Positions 51,271 to 60,172 of a stretch of DNA of 64,000 nucleotides are shown piece by piece (positions within the stretch are counted from its first letter, which is position 1; each line of letters begins with the position of its first letter). Origin of the DNA: an uncultured Planctomycetales bacterium (GTDB lineage: Bacteria; Omnitrophota; Gorgyraeia; Zapsychrales; JANLHA01); assembly GCA_964489065.1 (NCBI GenBank), contig CAZAXH010000002.1:278177-342176 (forward strand), written 5' to 3'. The position numbers and the translations under genes were made by a program. The notes under the pieces were generated by a model. It was not told where the DNA came from, searched no databases, and saw nothing but the letters and a program-made list of their open reading frames with translations.

Positions 51271-51882
51271 ATGCGAATCACACGGATTTTTGCAGGCGGC
51301 CTGTGCGCCGCTCTTCTGTTCATGACGGGATGCGGGAAGATGGATATCGCTAACCGGGACAACCCGGGCCGCAATATTATCTGTTTCGGCGACAGCATCA
51401 CCGAAGGGTTCGGGGCCGGCGCCGGCGAGGATTATCCTTCGCTCCTCCGGAAACGTGTCAGCCGCCCGGTGATCAACGCCGGGCACTCGGGAGACACGAC
51501 CCGGGACGCTCTGCGGCGGCTGGAAGCAGACGTGCTAGCGGCTGACCCGTATCTTGTGATCGTGGAACTGGGGGCGAACGATTATCTTAAACAGGTCCCG
51601 CGCAAACAGACGTTTAAAAACCTGGATGAAATCGTTTCCCGTATTCAGGATCAAGGCGCGATGGTTGTCCTGGCGGAGGTGCGGGTGGGGCTGCTCCGCG
51701 ACGAGTATTACGAAGGCCTGCGGGCGATCGCGGAAAAACGCCGCGCTCTTTTTATCCCGGATATCATGCGGGGCATCACATGGAACACGGACTTGAAGTC
51801 GGACGGCATCCATCCGAACGCCAAGGGATACGCCGTGATCGCCGAAAAAATATACCGTTATGTCACGGCGCTCTGTGATTGA
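51271..51882 (+). CDS. SGNH/GDSL hydrolase-family lipoprotein (arylesterase/TesA-like)
   Basis: Lipobox MTGC and a block-I ICFGDSITEG motif with the catalytic Ser. C-terminal DGIHP (Asp/His) motif. Confidence 0.75.
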   Translation: MRITRIFAGGLCAALLFMTGCGKMDIANRDNPGRNIICFGDSITEGFGAGAGEDYPSLLRKRVSRPVINAGHSGDTTRDALRRLEADVLAADPYLVIVELGANDYLKQVPRKQTFKNLDEIVSRIQDQGAMVVLAEVRVGLLRDEYYEGLRAIAEKRRALFIPDIMRGITWNTDLKSDGIHPNAKGYAVIAEKIYRYVTALCD

Positions 51883-51957
51883 TGAAGCGCGCTGTTTCCG
51901 CGCTTGATTGTTAGCCGGGGATATTGTTATAATGATATTGTCAAGGGGTGCATGGTC

Positions 51958-52332
51958 ATGAAAAAGAAAATTCTGCTGGTTGAGAATGAACAGGGGATCA
52001 TTGATTTCATGGAGAAAGGCCTGAAGGCCGTGGGGTATGACTTTATCTATGCCACGGACGGGGCCACCGGCCTGGAACGGGCCAAGAACGAGGCCCCGGA
52101 TTTGGTGATCCTGGACGTGATTTTGCCGGATGTCAACGGCTTTTCGATCTGCGGTTTTTTGAAGGGGAACGATAAGTACCGTTCCATCCCTTTGATCATC
52201 CTGACCGGCCATTACGAAGCCAAGGAACAGGTATTTGACGACGCCTATAAACCTGATGCTTTTTTTAATAAGCCCTTTGATTTCTCACAGCTTCTGGAAA
52301 CGATCCAGAAGCTTATAGGAAAACCTAAATGA
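51958..52332 (+). CDS. stand-alone response-regulator receiver domain (CheY-like)
   Basis: KILLVENE ... DLVILDVILPDVNG ... phospho-acceptor Asp and a conserved Lys (FFNKPF). No output domain. Confidence 0.75.
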   Translation: MKKKILLVENEQGIIDFMEKGLKAVGYDFIYATDGATGLERAKNEAPDLVILDVILPDVNGFSICGFLKGNDKYRSIPLIILTGHYEAKEQVFDDAYKPDAFFNKPFDFSQLLETIQKLIGKPK

Positions 52333-52712
52333 CCTTTTCTCGCCGCCCGGCTTTCCGCCGGGCCTGTGTTATCCTTTTGTTTTACGCCACTTTCGTTTCG
52401 GGCTGTTCGGCGGCCCGCCCTCCCGCGCCTGCCTCGCGCCTTTCCGCGGATTTAATGGACGCTTACCTGTCGAAAGTCGTTAAGTTCGACGGGATCGATA
52501 AAGAGGAAGCCCTGATCCTGGCCAGAAGCCAGCTGTTTTTTCAGGGCCGCGCCCGCGACTTTGACGTGGATCATCCGCAATGGCTCTCGGACGACACCTA
52601 TTGGGTTTTGAGTTTTAAAGCCGTCCGCCGGACTTTGGCCGATGTCATCGCCAACAGGGCGATCGTGATCATGGTCGACAAACAAAACGGCACGGTGATC
52701 GTGGAGGAATAA
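52329..52712 (+). CDS. hypothetical lipoprotein
   Basis: Signal peptide with lipobox FVSGC. 127 aa. Overlaps the receiver-gene stop. Confidence 0.5.
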   Translation: MTFSRRPAFRRACVILLFYATFVSGCSAARPPAPASRLSADLMDAYLSKVVKFDGIDKEEALILARSQLFFQGRARDFDVDHPQWLSDDTYWVLSFKAVRRTLADVIANRAIVIMVDKQNGTVIVEE

Positions 52713-52903
52713 GGGGAGAAAGATACTGCCCTTATCGCCGTTTTCAATTTGATTTAGGCAACGGGGAGTCGTCAGTGCGATAGGTCATAACTGTGACAAG
52801 TTTTTTTATACGAACGTTCAACTGGCCCTTTGCCCTTTATGGTTTGTATGTTCATCAGTAAAGAGAATCGTAGACTATCGAAGACATGCAAAGGAGGAGA
52901 TGT

Positions 52904-55900
52904 ATGAAATACGCATTCATTCACGTGGCAGACATTCACTATCGCAAAGACGCTCCTGAAGGTGCAGCTAGCATCATGCAGGCGTTTCTTGGAGACTTGG
53001 GTAAGCAGATGGAAGTGCTACCTAATCACCAGTTTTACATCGCTTTCGCTGGGGATATTGTTCGAGCAGGAGAGGACTCCAGCACTTTCGACGCTTTTAT
53101 TCACGAGATGGATGGCCAATTGGACGCCATGGGGCTTAAAAAAGATGTCAGGATTATTGTCCCTGGAAACCACGATCTTAACCGTCGTGCTATGGAGGAG
53201 GCGTTAGACCAGTGCATTAAGGTGCATGATGACCACACTATAGAAGAAGAAAGATTTAACGATTTTATCGACAAAGAACCCTTTTTTATGGGGTACTTCT
53301 CGAATTATGAAAAATTCGTGCGGCAATTTGCACGATGTGATGAGTCCTTTCAGGTTCGGGGCTGGGGGTACAAATTAAACGAAGATGTCGCGGTATATTG
53401 CTTGAATACTGCCCTCTGCTCATTGGGTGGGTTAAAAGATATTAAAGACGAGGGGCGCTTGGCTATCTACACACGGGATTTGGTCGAATGGTGTAGAACA
53501 ACGACTTGTCCCGTAAAAATCCTGCTGCACCACCATCCTTTTGACCACCTCAATTCTTGGAGCCGGACTGAACTCCAAGATATCATTGATAAATATTTCC
53601 AGATTTGTCTCTCTGGGCATAATCACCTCCCTGAAGTGTTCTACAGTCATGTTCCACTGAGAGCGCTGATATGTACGGCTCCACCGCTATTCTGTGGCAA
53701 GAAGACTACTTTGGGATATTCCATTGTACTTATTGAGAACGATGAACCATCTGCCATTCTTTACCGCGAGTACTCTGGCGGTACGTTTTTCCCAGGCTCC
53801 CGCCTCGCGAAAGCCGATAACGGCAGGGTCGATTTGGGAACCCCTTACCGACTGCATATCAAAGAGATGGATATACAACTCCAGCATGCCCTTAAAGCCT
53901 TTAAGGGGCAAACACCAGTATTCATTGAACCAAAACTATCAAAGGAACGTGAGTTCAATGATGATCCAAATGAACTCGATGCGTTGATCGAGTCTCCTTG
54001 CGATACACTGATTATTGCCCCTAGCGATTTTGGATTAACATGCCTCGGTCTGCATATGCGACTAGAAGCATTTAAGAAGCATAAATTTTGGTTATATATT
54101 GATGCAGAACACACAAAGGGCCGGAAAATTTCCGATCTTATAGATAAGGAACTTTTGCATTACGATCAATGTCCTGCTGCCCTCAAATGTATTGTTCTGG
54201 ATAGTTGGAATGTCGGCAATGTCGACCACCTCACAATGGTTAGGAATATTACCGCTAAATGCCCAGGTCTACCTCTAGTTATCCTCGCGGAAGACTCTGT
54301 AGTCCTCGATACCACAGAAGATCTATCCAAACTGAACAGGGACTTCAAACTTCTGCATCTTCAAGCGCTTAGCAGAAGCTCCATGCGGCAATTAGTCGCT
54401 GGCTATAATGCAATTAAACACATCGGCACGGAAGATGTTGTGCTGTCGGGCTTGGTTGAATACTTGGAATCTATCAATGTCCACCGGACACCACTCAACT
54501 GTTATACTCTCTTGCGCGTCTTAGACAGCAGCTATAACGAGAAACTTCTTAATAAGACCAACCTGTTAGACGCAATATTGTTTTTGCTTTTCACGGACTC
54601 CGACAGTTTCTCGTATTTGAGCGATAAACCAGACGTTAAGGAGTGCAAGTATGTGTTGGGACGCTTTTGTAAGGATCTTGTCATGCAGAGGAAGCGTAGC
54701 TTTGACGCGCCGACGTTTGTCTCAAAACTAAACGACTTTTGTAAGACGAACTCCATTCCGCTTGACGTCAGGGCAATGCTTGATGTTTTCCTTGAAAATA
54801 ATATCCTTGTACTGCACGGTAGTGAGTATGAGTTTCGGCATAGATATTGGATCTTTTATTTCGCCGCAGAATGGATGAACCATGACGAAGAATTCGGACG
54901 CTTTGTCCTGGAAAATCGAAATTATGTAAACTATCCAGAAATTATAGAGTTCTACTCGGGAATTGATGGGAGGCGCGCAGACGCAATGGGAACGCTTCTC
55001 TCTGACCTGACCTCGCTGATTAATCAGGTGGACAGCAAAATCGGGATCAAGGGTTCTTTCGATCCGTTATCACCATTACTCTGGAATCCGACTGATGAGT
55101 ACATTCAAAGAGCGAAAAGTCAGATTGCCGAGAGAGTAGGCTCGTCCAACCTTCCTGCGGAAATCAAGGATAAACATGCAGACACGAATTATCAGTCAGA
55201 AGCACCTTATGATCAGAGTATCAGAAAGTTCTTGAACGATTATTTAGTATTGAGTCTCCTGCACAGCATTAAAGCTGCATCCCGAGCGTTGCGGAACAGC
55301 CCCTTCGTTGACGTTCAATTAAGACGGGAAGTAATCTCCACAATCCTTCGCGGCTGGGAAGAGATTTCAAAAGTGGTTTTTTGGCTTTCCCCTTTACTCG
55401 CAAGGGAAGGCCGGGCGGTGCACGACGGGTTAGCATTAAGGCTTGCTGAAGGATTCTCATCTGACTTAAATCAACGTTTCAAAGAGATTATAATCGCGAA
55501 TCCTCATAACATCGTCAGTAAACTGGGAGGGGATCTGGCATCGAAGAAGATTGGTCTACTTCTCAATGAATGTTTTCAGACAACTGACTCCAAACTTCAG
55601 AAACATATGATCGTATTATTTATTGTCGCTTTCCGGCCAATTGGTTGGTACGATGCGATACTTCTTTATATGAATCTTCTCCATCCGAGGTCTTTCTACC
55701 TTGGGAATTTATTGGGTGCACTGACCGAGCAAGTCAAACTTGGCGATTTGGATCAAGGGGAAGAAAGTACACTAAAACAGCTCATCGGTGCAATTCTTTC
55801 TAAATGTGAGTATGCACCCAAGGTATCGGCGGCCGTTAAAGAAATCCCGCTCAATAAAGTCTTGAACGAAGAGAATATAATGCCGATAGATAAGCTATTG

Positions 55901-55933
55901 AAAGGCCATAAGAGAAAGTGGCCAGCTATTTGA
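52904..55933 (+). CDS. large (1010 aa) protein: N-terminal calcineurin-like metallophosphoesterase domain plus ~750-aa uncharacterised C-terminal region; compositionally foreign
   Basis: Complete phosphoesterase motif set (DIHYR; GDIVRAGED; GNHD; HHHP; GHNH) within the first ~260 aa. The remainder is alpha-helix-rich with no recognised motif. By hand-count of sampled stretches, GC is about 43-47% versus >60% in flanking genes. AAAGGAGGAG RBS. tRNA-Arg lies 215 nt downstream. Confidence 0.8.
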   Translation: MKYAFIHVADIHYRKDAPEGAASIMQAFLGDLGKQMEVLPNHQFYIAFAGDIVRAGEDSSTFDAFIHEMDGQLDAMGLKKDVRIIVPGNHDLNRRAMEEALDQCIKVHDDHTIEEERFNDFIDKEPFFMGYFSNYEKFVRQFARCDESFQVRGWGYKLNEDVAVYCLNTALCSLGGLKDIKDEGRLAIYTRDLVEWCRTTTCPVKILLHHHPFDHLNSWSRTELQDIIDKYFQICLSGHNHLPEVFYSHVPLRALICTAPPLFCGKKTTLGYSIVLIENDEPSAILYREYSGGTFFPGSRLAKADNGRVDLGTPYRLHIKEMDIQLQHALKAFKGQTPVFIEPKLSKEREFNDDPNELDALIESPCDTLIIAPSDFGLTCLGLHMRLEAFKKHKFWLYIDAEHTKGRKISDLIDKELLHYDQCPAALKCIVLDSWNVGNVDHLTMVRNITAKCPGLPLVILAEDSVVLDTTEDLSKLNRDFKLLHLQALSRSSMRQLVAGYNAIKHIGTEDVVLSGLVEYLESINVHRTPLNCYTLLRVLDSSYNEKLLNKTNLLDAILFLLFTDSDSFSYLSDKPDVKECKYVLGRFCKDLVMQRKRSFDAPTFVSKLNDFCKTNSIPLDVRAMLDVFLENNILVLHGSEYEFRHRYWIFYFAAEWMNHDEEFGRFVLENRNYVNYPEIIEFYSGIDGRRADAMGTLLSDLTSLINQVDSKIGIKGSFDPLSPLLWNPTDEYIQRAKSQIAERVGSSNLPAEIKDKHADTNYQSEAPYDQSIRKFLNDYLVLSLLHSIKAASRALRNSPFVDVQLRREVISTILRGWEEISKVVFWLSPLLAREGRAVHDGLALRLAEGFSSDLNQRFKEIIIANPHNIVSKLGGDLASKKIGLLLNECFQTTDSKLQKHMIVLFIVAFRPIGWYDAILLYMNLLHPRSFYLGNLLGALTEQVKLGDLDQGEESTLKQLIGAILSKCEYAPKVSAAVKEIPLNKVLNEENIMPIDKLLKGHKRKWPAI

Positions 55934-56147
55934 CGAAAGCATCAAGAACTGAGAACGGGAAAGGCCAAAACTGGATACGAATTCCCTGCGGTTATTTCCT
56001 ACCAATTGCCTGATAAATGATTATCATTAGCAAAACTATTCCTCCCGATTCTCCTTGACTCGACCCTTGTTATTTTAAAGACTCCTGATATAATAAGGCC
56101 GTTAATCATTCGTTCCCAAACATGATTTTGAGAATTTTTTTCATTCT

Positions 56148-56221
56148 GCGCCTGTAGCTCAGCTGGATAGAGCACCAGTCTTCGGAACTGGGTGTCGGGA
56201 GTTCGAATCCCCCCAGGCGCG
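56148..56221 (+). tRNA. tRNA-Arg (anticodon UCG)
   Basis: Acceptor stem GCGCCTG/CAGGCGC. D-arm TAGCTCAGCTGGATAGAGCA. Anticodon stem-loop CCAGT-CTTCGGA-ACTGG. T-arm GGGAGTTCGAATCCCCC. No encoded CCA. Confidence 0.85.
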
Positions 56222-56279
56222 TTTTTATAACTCTCCTGCGCCCCGCTTTGCCGGCGGGGCCGCCCGGCAATAAAACGTT

Positions 56280-58391
56280 ATGTCTATCACTCGGACGACC
56301 GCATGTGTAGTGTTGATCGCCATAGGGCTGGCCGCCGTGCTCGGCGCGGCCACGAAAGATATTAATTTCTGGCCGACGGACGCGAAGGCCTATTATTTCG
56401 ACGCGGTTGTCCGGCTTCCTCAATTAAAGCACCTGTCGCAGATCCACACCCTCATGGATTCGGAGCGCGTCCGCTGGCTGCACGGAAAAGAGATTCTGAT
56501 CTTGGCTTTGTCCTGGATGCAGCGGCTGACCGGCGATTATGAAAGCCTGCGCCCTTTTATTTGGCTGTTCATCCTGGCCAACTTTTTTTCTTCGCTTCTG
56601 GTTTACGGCATCGCCCTGCGTTACTGGGGCCGCCCGGCCGCGCTTGTCTGCTTCACCGCTTTCGCGGGGTCTTTCTGGCCGTATATTTATATCCTTTTCG
56701 CGAAACACCAGCCGCTGGGCCTGGTGTTTTTTCTTTTCGCCGTTTTCCTGGCGCAGCGGGCTTCGGCCGGGCGTGTCTGGGTTTTTCCCGCCGCCGGTGT
56801 GAGCATGGGGTTGTCGCTTTTTTCCTCGCCGGCGTCCACGTTGTATGTGCCGTGGTTCGCGGCCGCCTGCGCGCTCAAGGCGTGGCCCGGGGCGTGCGGC
56901 CCGCGGGGATGGAGGGGCGCCTTTAATTTTTTATGGGCCGTCGCGGCCGTGATTTCAGGAATTCTGCTTGTCGTTGTTTACGTGAACTGGCCGGATGTCG
57001 CCGGCCATGTCCGCGCGTTTCTGGACTACGTGTCCATCAGCGGGTCGCACAACCATTTCTTCTATAATCAGCCGTTCCTCCAGCAATGGTTCGGCGCGCG
57101 GCCAGTGGCGGATATAAGAGGAGGGTGGGCGTGGGTTTTCCGTTATTTCATGCTCATCATGCCGGTCTTGTTCCCCCTGTATCTCTTGACTGTCCCGGCC
57201 TGCCTCCTGGCTTTGCTGAAAGAAAAATCCTCGTCCCGGCGGCTGAAGACCGCGGGCGCCGTTTTATTAAGCGCCCTTCTTCCTGTTGTCCTGATCGAAC
57301 GTGTGCGCGTCGCCCAATACGGCGGCAATTATTTCCCCTGCTTTATGGGGATTGTTTTCATGCTCGGCTACGGGTTTAACGCGCTGCGTGACCGGTGGCC
57401 GGCCCTGCCGGCGCGGCCCGCCGTGAAAACGGCGCTTATCGCCGCGGGCCTTCTCATCGCCGCCGGGCATGTCCTGGTCAACGCGGTTATTTTTGCGTCT
57501 GATATTTATCCTTCCCGCCTGGCTTCGACTTTTTTCTCGGACCAGTTAAGGAAGATGAATGTCCGCAAAATTTACACCTACCGGGTGCATCCTCACCGGG
57601 ACCACTTTGTGCCGTATTTAAGCCCGGACCTTTACAAGAATATCCAGATCGTGCCGGTGGATTCTTTGCTTCAGGCCGGGGACGGCTATGTCCTCCTGCC
57701 GCCGGTCACCGGCGATTCGATTTATATCCCGGCTACCAGCGCTTACGCGGATTTTGACCGGGATGATCTGTTGAATGAAATCATGGCGCAGGGGCGGTTG
57801 CGCGATTACGCGGTCCTGGACCGCAAGACCATCGCCAGTTCCCGAATCTGGCTGCATGAGGAAGAAATTTTGAGCTACCGGAAATTGATGCTCGGCCACG
57901 CGTTGCCGGTCGATGACCTCCGGAGCCACGTGCTTCTTCTGGACGGCGTCAAAATATGGCGCGACATCAAATCGCTCATCCCCCGGCAGGAGTTCCGGCG
58001 GGCCCGTGAGCGGGATATCCGTTTCGTGGGCAACGAGCCCCCGCTGTATGTTTTCCGGGGTCGGCTGGAGCGCGTCCGGGAACCGGCGATCATACGTTCG
58101 TTTGCGGTGCGCATGAGCAAGCAGGGTCACCCCGCGGATGCCGTGCGGATGTACGCCTACCGGCTGGACAGCAAGCAGCCGGTCTGGGTGCCTTTGGGGC
58201 CGGTGTTCGCGTCTCAGGAAGTGCAGGGGGCGGAGATGAGCGGCGCGGCTGACGGTGAGGCGGTTGTCTTTTCTTTTGAGCCGGCGTTGAGCGTTCCGCC
58301 CGGGTATTATTTATTCATGATCTACCGGACCGGCGCGAAGGATAAAGACAATTATTATAAAGTTTTCTCCGGGGACATCACACGCTTGTAG
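56280..58391 (+). CDS. large polytopic membrane protein, possibly a GT-C-fold glycosyltransferase (PMT/ArnT-like)
   Basis: 703 aa. About 12-14 TM helices fill the first ~450 aa, followed by a soluble C-terminal domain. High GC. Function inferred from architecture only. Confidence 0.55.
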   Translation: MSITRTTACVVLIAIGLAAVLGAATKDINFWPTDAKAYYFDAVVRLPQLKHLSQIHTLMDSERVRWLHGKEILILALSWMQRLTGDYESLRPFIWLFILANFFSSLLVYGIALRYWGRPAALVCFTAFAGSFWPYIYILFAKHQPLGLVFFLFAVFLAQRASAGRVWVFPAAGVSMGLSLFSSPASTLYVPWFAAACALKAWPGACGPRGWRGAFNFLWAVAAVISGILLVVVYVNWPDVAGHVRAFLDYVSISGSHNHFFYNQPFLQQWFGARPVADIRGGWAWVFRYFMLIMPVLFPLYLLTVPACLLALLKEKSSSRRLKTAGAVLLSALLPVVLIERVRVAQYGGNYFPCFMGIVFMLGYGFNALRDRWPALPARPAVKTALIAAGLLIAAGHVLVNAVIFASDIYPSRLASTFFSDQLRKMNVRKIYTYRVHPHRDHFVPYLSPDLYKNIQIVPVDSLLQAGDGYVLLPPVTGDSIYIPATSAYADFDRDDLLNEIMAQGRLRDYAVLDRKTIASSRIWLHEEEILSYRKLMLGHALPVDDLRSHVLLLDGVKIWRDIKSLIPRQEFRRARERDIRFVGNEPPLYVFRGRLERVREPAIIRSFAVRMSKQGHPADAVRMYAYRLDSKQPVWVPLGPVFASQEVQGAEMSGAADGEAVVFSFEPALSVPPGYYLFMIYRTGAKDKDNYYKVFSGDITRL

Positions 58392-58439
58392 CCCTCCCGG
58401 AACAGGCGGGCGGCGGGGATTAAAATACAGGGATTATTC

Positions 58440-58468
58440 TTTACAAGAATAAAAGATTCTTATATGAT
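58440..58468 (+). promoter_or_regulatory. promoter candidate for the gcv operon (TTTACA-17-TATGAT)
   Basis: TTTACA at 58440-58445 and TATGAT at 58463-58468, about 55 nt upstream of gcvT. Confidence 0.4.
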
Positions 58469-58521
58469 ACCAACAAAAACGGGTGGCGGGAACCCGCATA
58501 AAACTGGAAAGTTATATACCG

Positions 58522-59619
58522 ATGCTGACGCAAAACGTGGATAAACAAACCCCCCTTCATGACGAGCATTTGAGGCTGTCCGCCCAGATGATGTCGTTCG
58601 GCGGATGGGTCATGCCTTTGAAATATTCCGGGATTCTGGATGAGTATGAGCACGCCCGGCACGGCGTCACGGTTTTTGACACGTCCCATATGGGGGAGTT
58701 CATCATCGAGGGGGACGCGCGCGCGACCGGTTTGGACCGCGTCGTGACCCAGTCTCTCGCGGACATGCCCCTGAAGTCCTGCCGTTACGGGCTGATGCTC
58801 AACGCCCAAGGCGGCGTTAAAGATGATCTGGTGGTGTACCGCCTGGCCGCTAACCGGTGGATGCTGGTTGTGAACGCGGGAACCATGGAGTCGGACGCTC
58901 TTCATATTCAGGAAAGTCTGGCGGACCGCCGGGCGTTTCAGAATGTTTCCGATGATATCGTCAAGCTGGATGTGCAGGGGCCGCGCTCCCGGGAAATTTT
59001 ACGCGCCATCGTTCCGGGAATTGAGAAGCTGGATTATTATACATTTGACGAATTCTGTGTCCTGGGGCAGAATATGATCGTGAGCCGCACCGGTTATACC
59101 GGTGAACTGGGCTACGAAATTTACGGCCCGGCCGATGCCGTGCGGCCCTGCTGGCAGCGCTTGCTTGAAAGCGGCGTTGTGCCGGCCGGCCTTGGCGTCC
59201 GGGACGTCCTGCGTGTTGAGATGGGCTATCCGCTGTACGGCCATGAAATCAGCGAGACGATGTCGCCTCTGGAAGCCGGGTTGGGCAAGTTTATGGATTG
59301 GGAAAAGGATTTTATCGGGAAAGAAGCCGTTGGCCTTGAAAAAGCCCGGGGCGCGCGCCGCAAGAGCGTGATGCTTTTGTCGGATTCGCGGCGGGCTCCG
59401 CGGGCGGGGCATTCTGTTTTTGCGGAAGACGGCCGGGAGATCGGGGTGCTGACCAGCGGAACGTTTTCGCCCTTTTTTAAAAAAGGTGTTGGTTTGGCTT
59501 TGGTGCAAACGGAGTGCGGTCAAGCCGGGCAAAGAGTCGCTTTTGGTGAAAAGACAAATCGGTCTGATGCGGTGATTGTCCGTCGTCCTGTTTATCAGCA
59601 GGGTTCATTGAAACATTAA
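58522..59619 (+). CDS. gcvT: glycine cleavage system aminomethyltransferase T
   Basis: TPLHDEHL ... GGWVMPLKY ... EYEHARHGVTVFDTSHMGEF GcvT N-terminal signature. Confidence 0.9.
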   Translation: MLTQNVDKQTPLHDEHLRLSAQMMSFGGWVMPLKYSGILDEYEHARHGVTVFDTSHMGEFIIEGDARATGLDRVVTQSLADMPLKSCRYGLMLNAQGGVKDDLVVYRLAANRWMLVVNAGTMESDALHIQESLADRRAFQNVSDDIVKLDVQGPRSREILRAIVPGIEKLDYYTFDEFCVLGQNMIVSRTGYTGELGYEIYGPADAVRPCWQRLLESGVVPAGLGVRDVLRVEMGYPLYGHEISETMSPLEAGLGKFMDWEKDFIGKEAVGLEKARGARRKSVMLLSDSRRAPRAGHSVFAEDGREIGVLTSGTFSPFFKKGVGLALVQTECGQAGQRVAFGEKTNRSDAVIVRRPVYQQGSLKH

Positions 59620-59670
59620 ACGTAAAAATATGGCAATGGCGTTGTTTAACGGACGTAAAGGAGTCAAGGT

Positions 59671-60057
59671 ATGGAAGTGATGGAACATTATCATTATACC
59701 AAAGAACATGAATGGGTCTATCTGGAAGACACGATCGCGACGGTCGGGATCACGGAGTACGCGCAATCTTCTATGGGGGAGGTCACTTTTGTGGAGTTGC
59801 CCGCTATTAACGCCGAAGTTGAGCAGTTTGAGCAGTTCGCTTCGGTGGAATCCGTTAAGGCAGCCAGCGACATTTATTGTCCTATGTCGGGGAGGGTCGT
59901 GGAAGTGAACTCCGAGTTGGAGGAGGACCCGGAGCTGTTGAATAAGGATTGTTATGAAGCGGGATGGATTGCCAAGATTGAAATTTCCAGTCCCGAAGAG
60001 TTGTCGAAGCTCATGACTGCTGAAGAATATGAGAATTATTTGGAAAGCATCGGATAA
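59671..60057 (+). CDS. gcvH: glycine cleavage system H protein
   Basis: HYTKEHEWV ... ESVKAASDIY lipoyl-lysine motif. 128 aa. AAGGAG RBS. Confidence 0.9.
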   Translation: MEVMEHYHYTKEHEWVYLEDTIATVGITEYAQSSMGEVTFVELPAINAEVEQFEQFASVESVKAASDIYCPMSGRVVEVNSELEEDPELLNKDCYEAGWIAKIEISSPEELSKLMTAEEYENYLESIG

Positions 60058-60172
60058 ATCTCTTTGGTGAAATCTTTTTGTCTTTCTCATGCCCGCCTGT
60101 GGTGTCTGCCACAGCGCTTACATCCTAACCTTTTATCTTTGGTCAGGGACTGTTCATCTTAAAGGAGGCTTT

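Noticed and set aside
52713-56221. Classical tRNA-integrated genomic island with integrase and att repeats
   Set aside because: The foreign gene lies on the 5' side of tRNA-Arg, not downstream of its 3' end. No integrase or transposase gene is present. No direct repeat of the tRNA 3' segment (e.g. TTCGAATCC) was found in 52713-52900. Horizontal origin is still suggested by composition, but not a canonical integrative element.
58392-58521. Possible glycine riboswitch upstream of gcvT
   Set aside because: The region is only ~130 nt and lacks the conserved GGAGAG / CUCUGGAGAG / ACCGAAGGGGCAA aptamer elements. Only a short GCGGG-AA-CCCGC hairpin and a promoter-like sequence are present.
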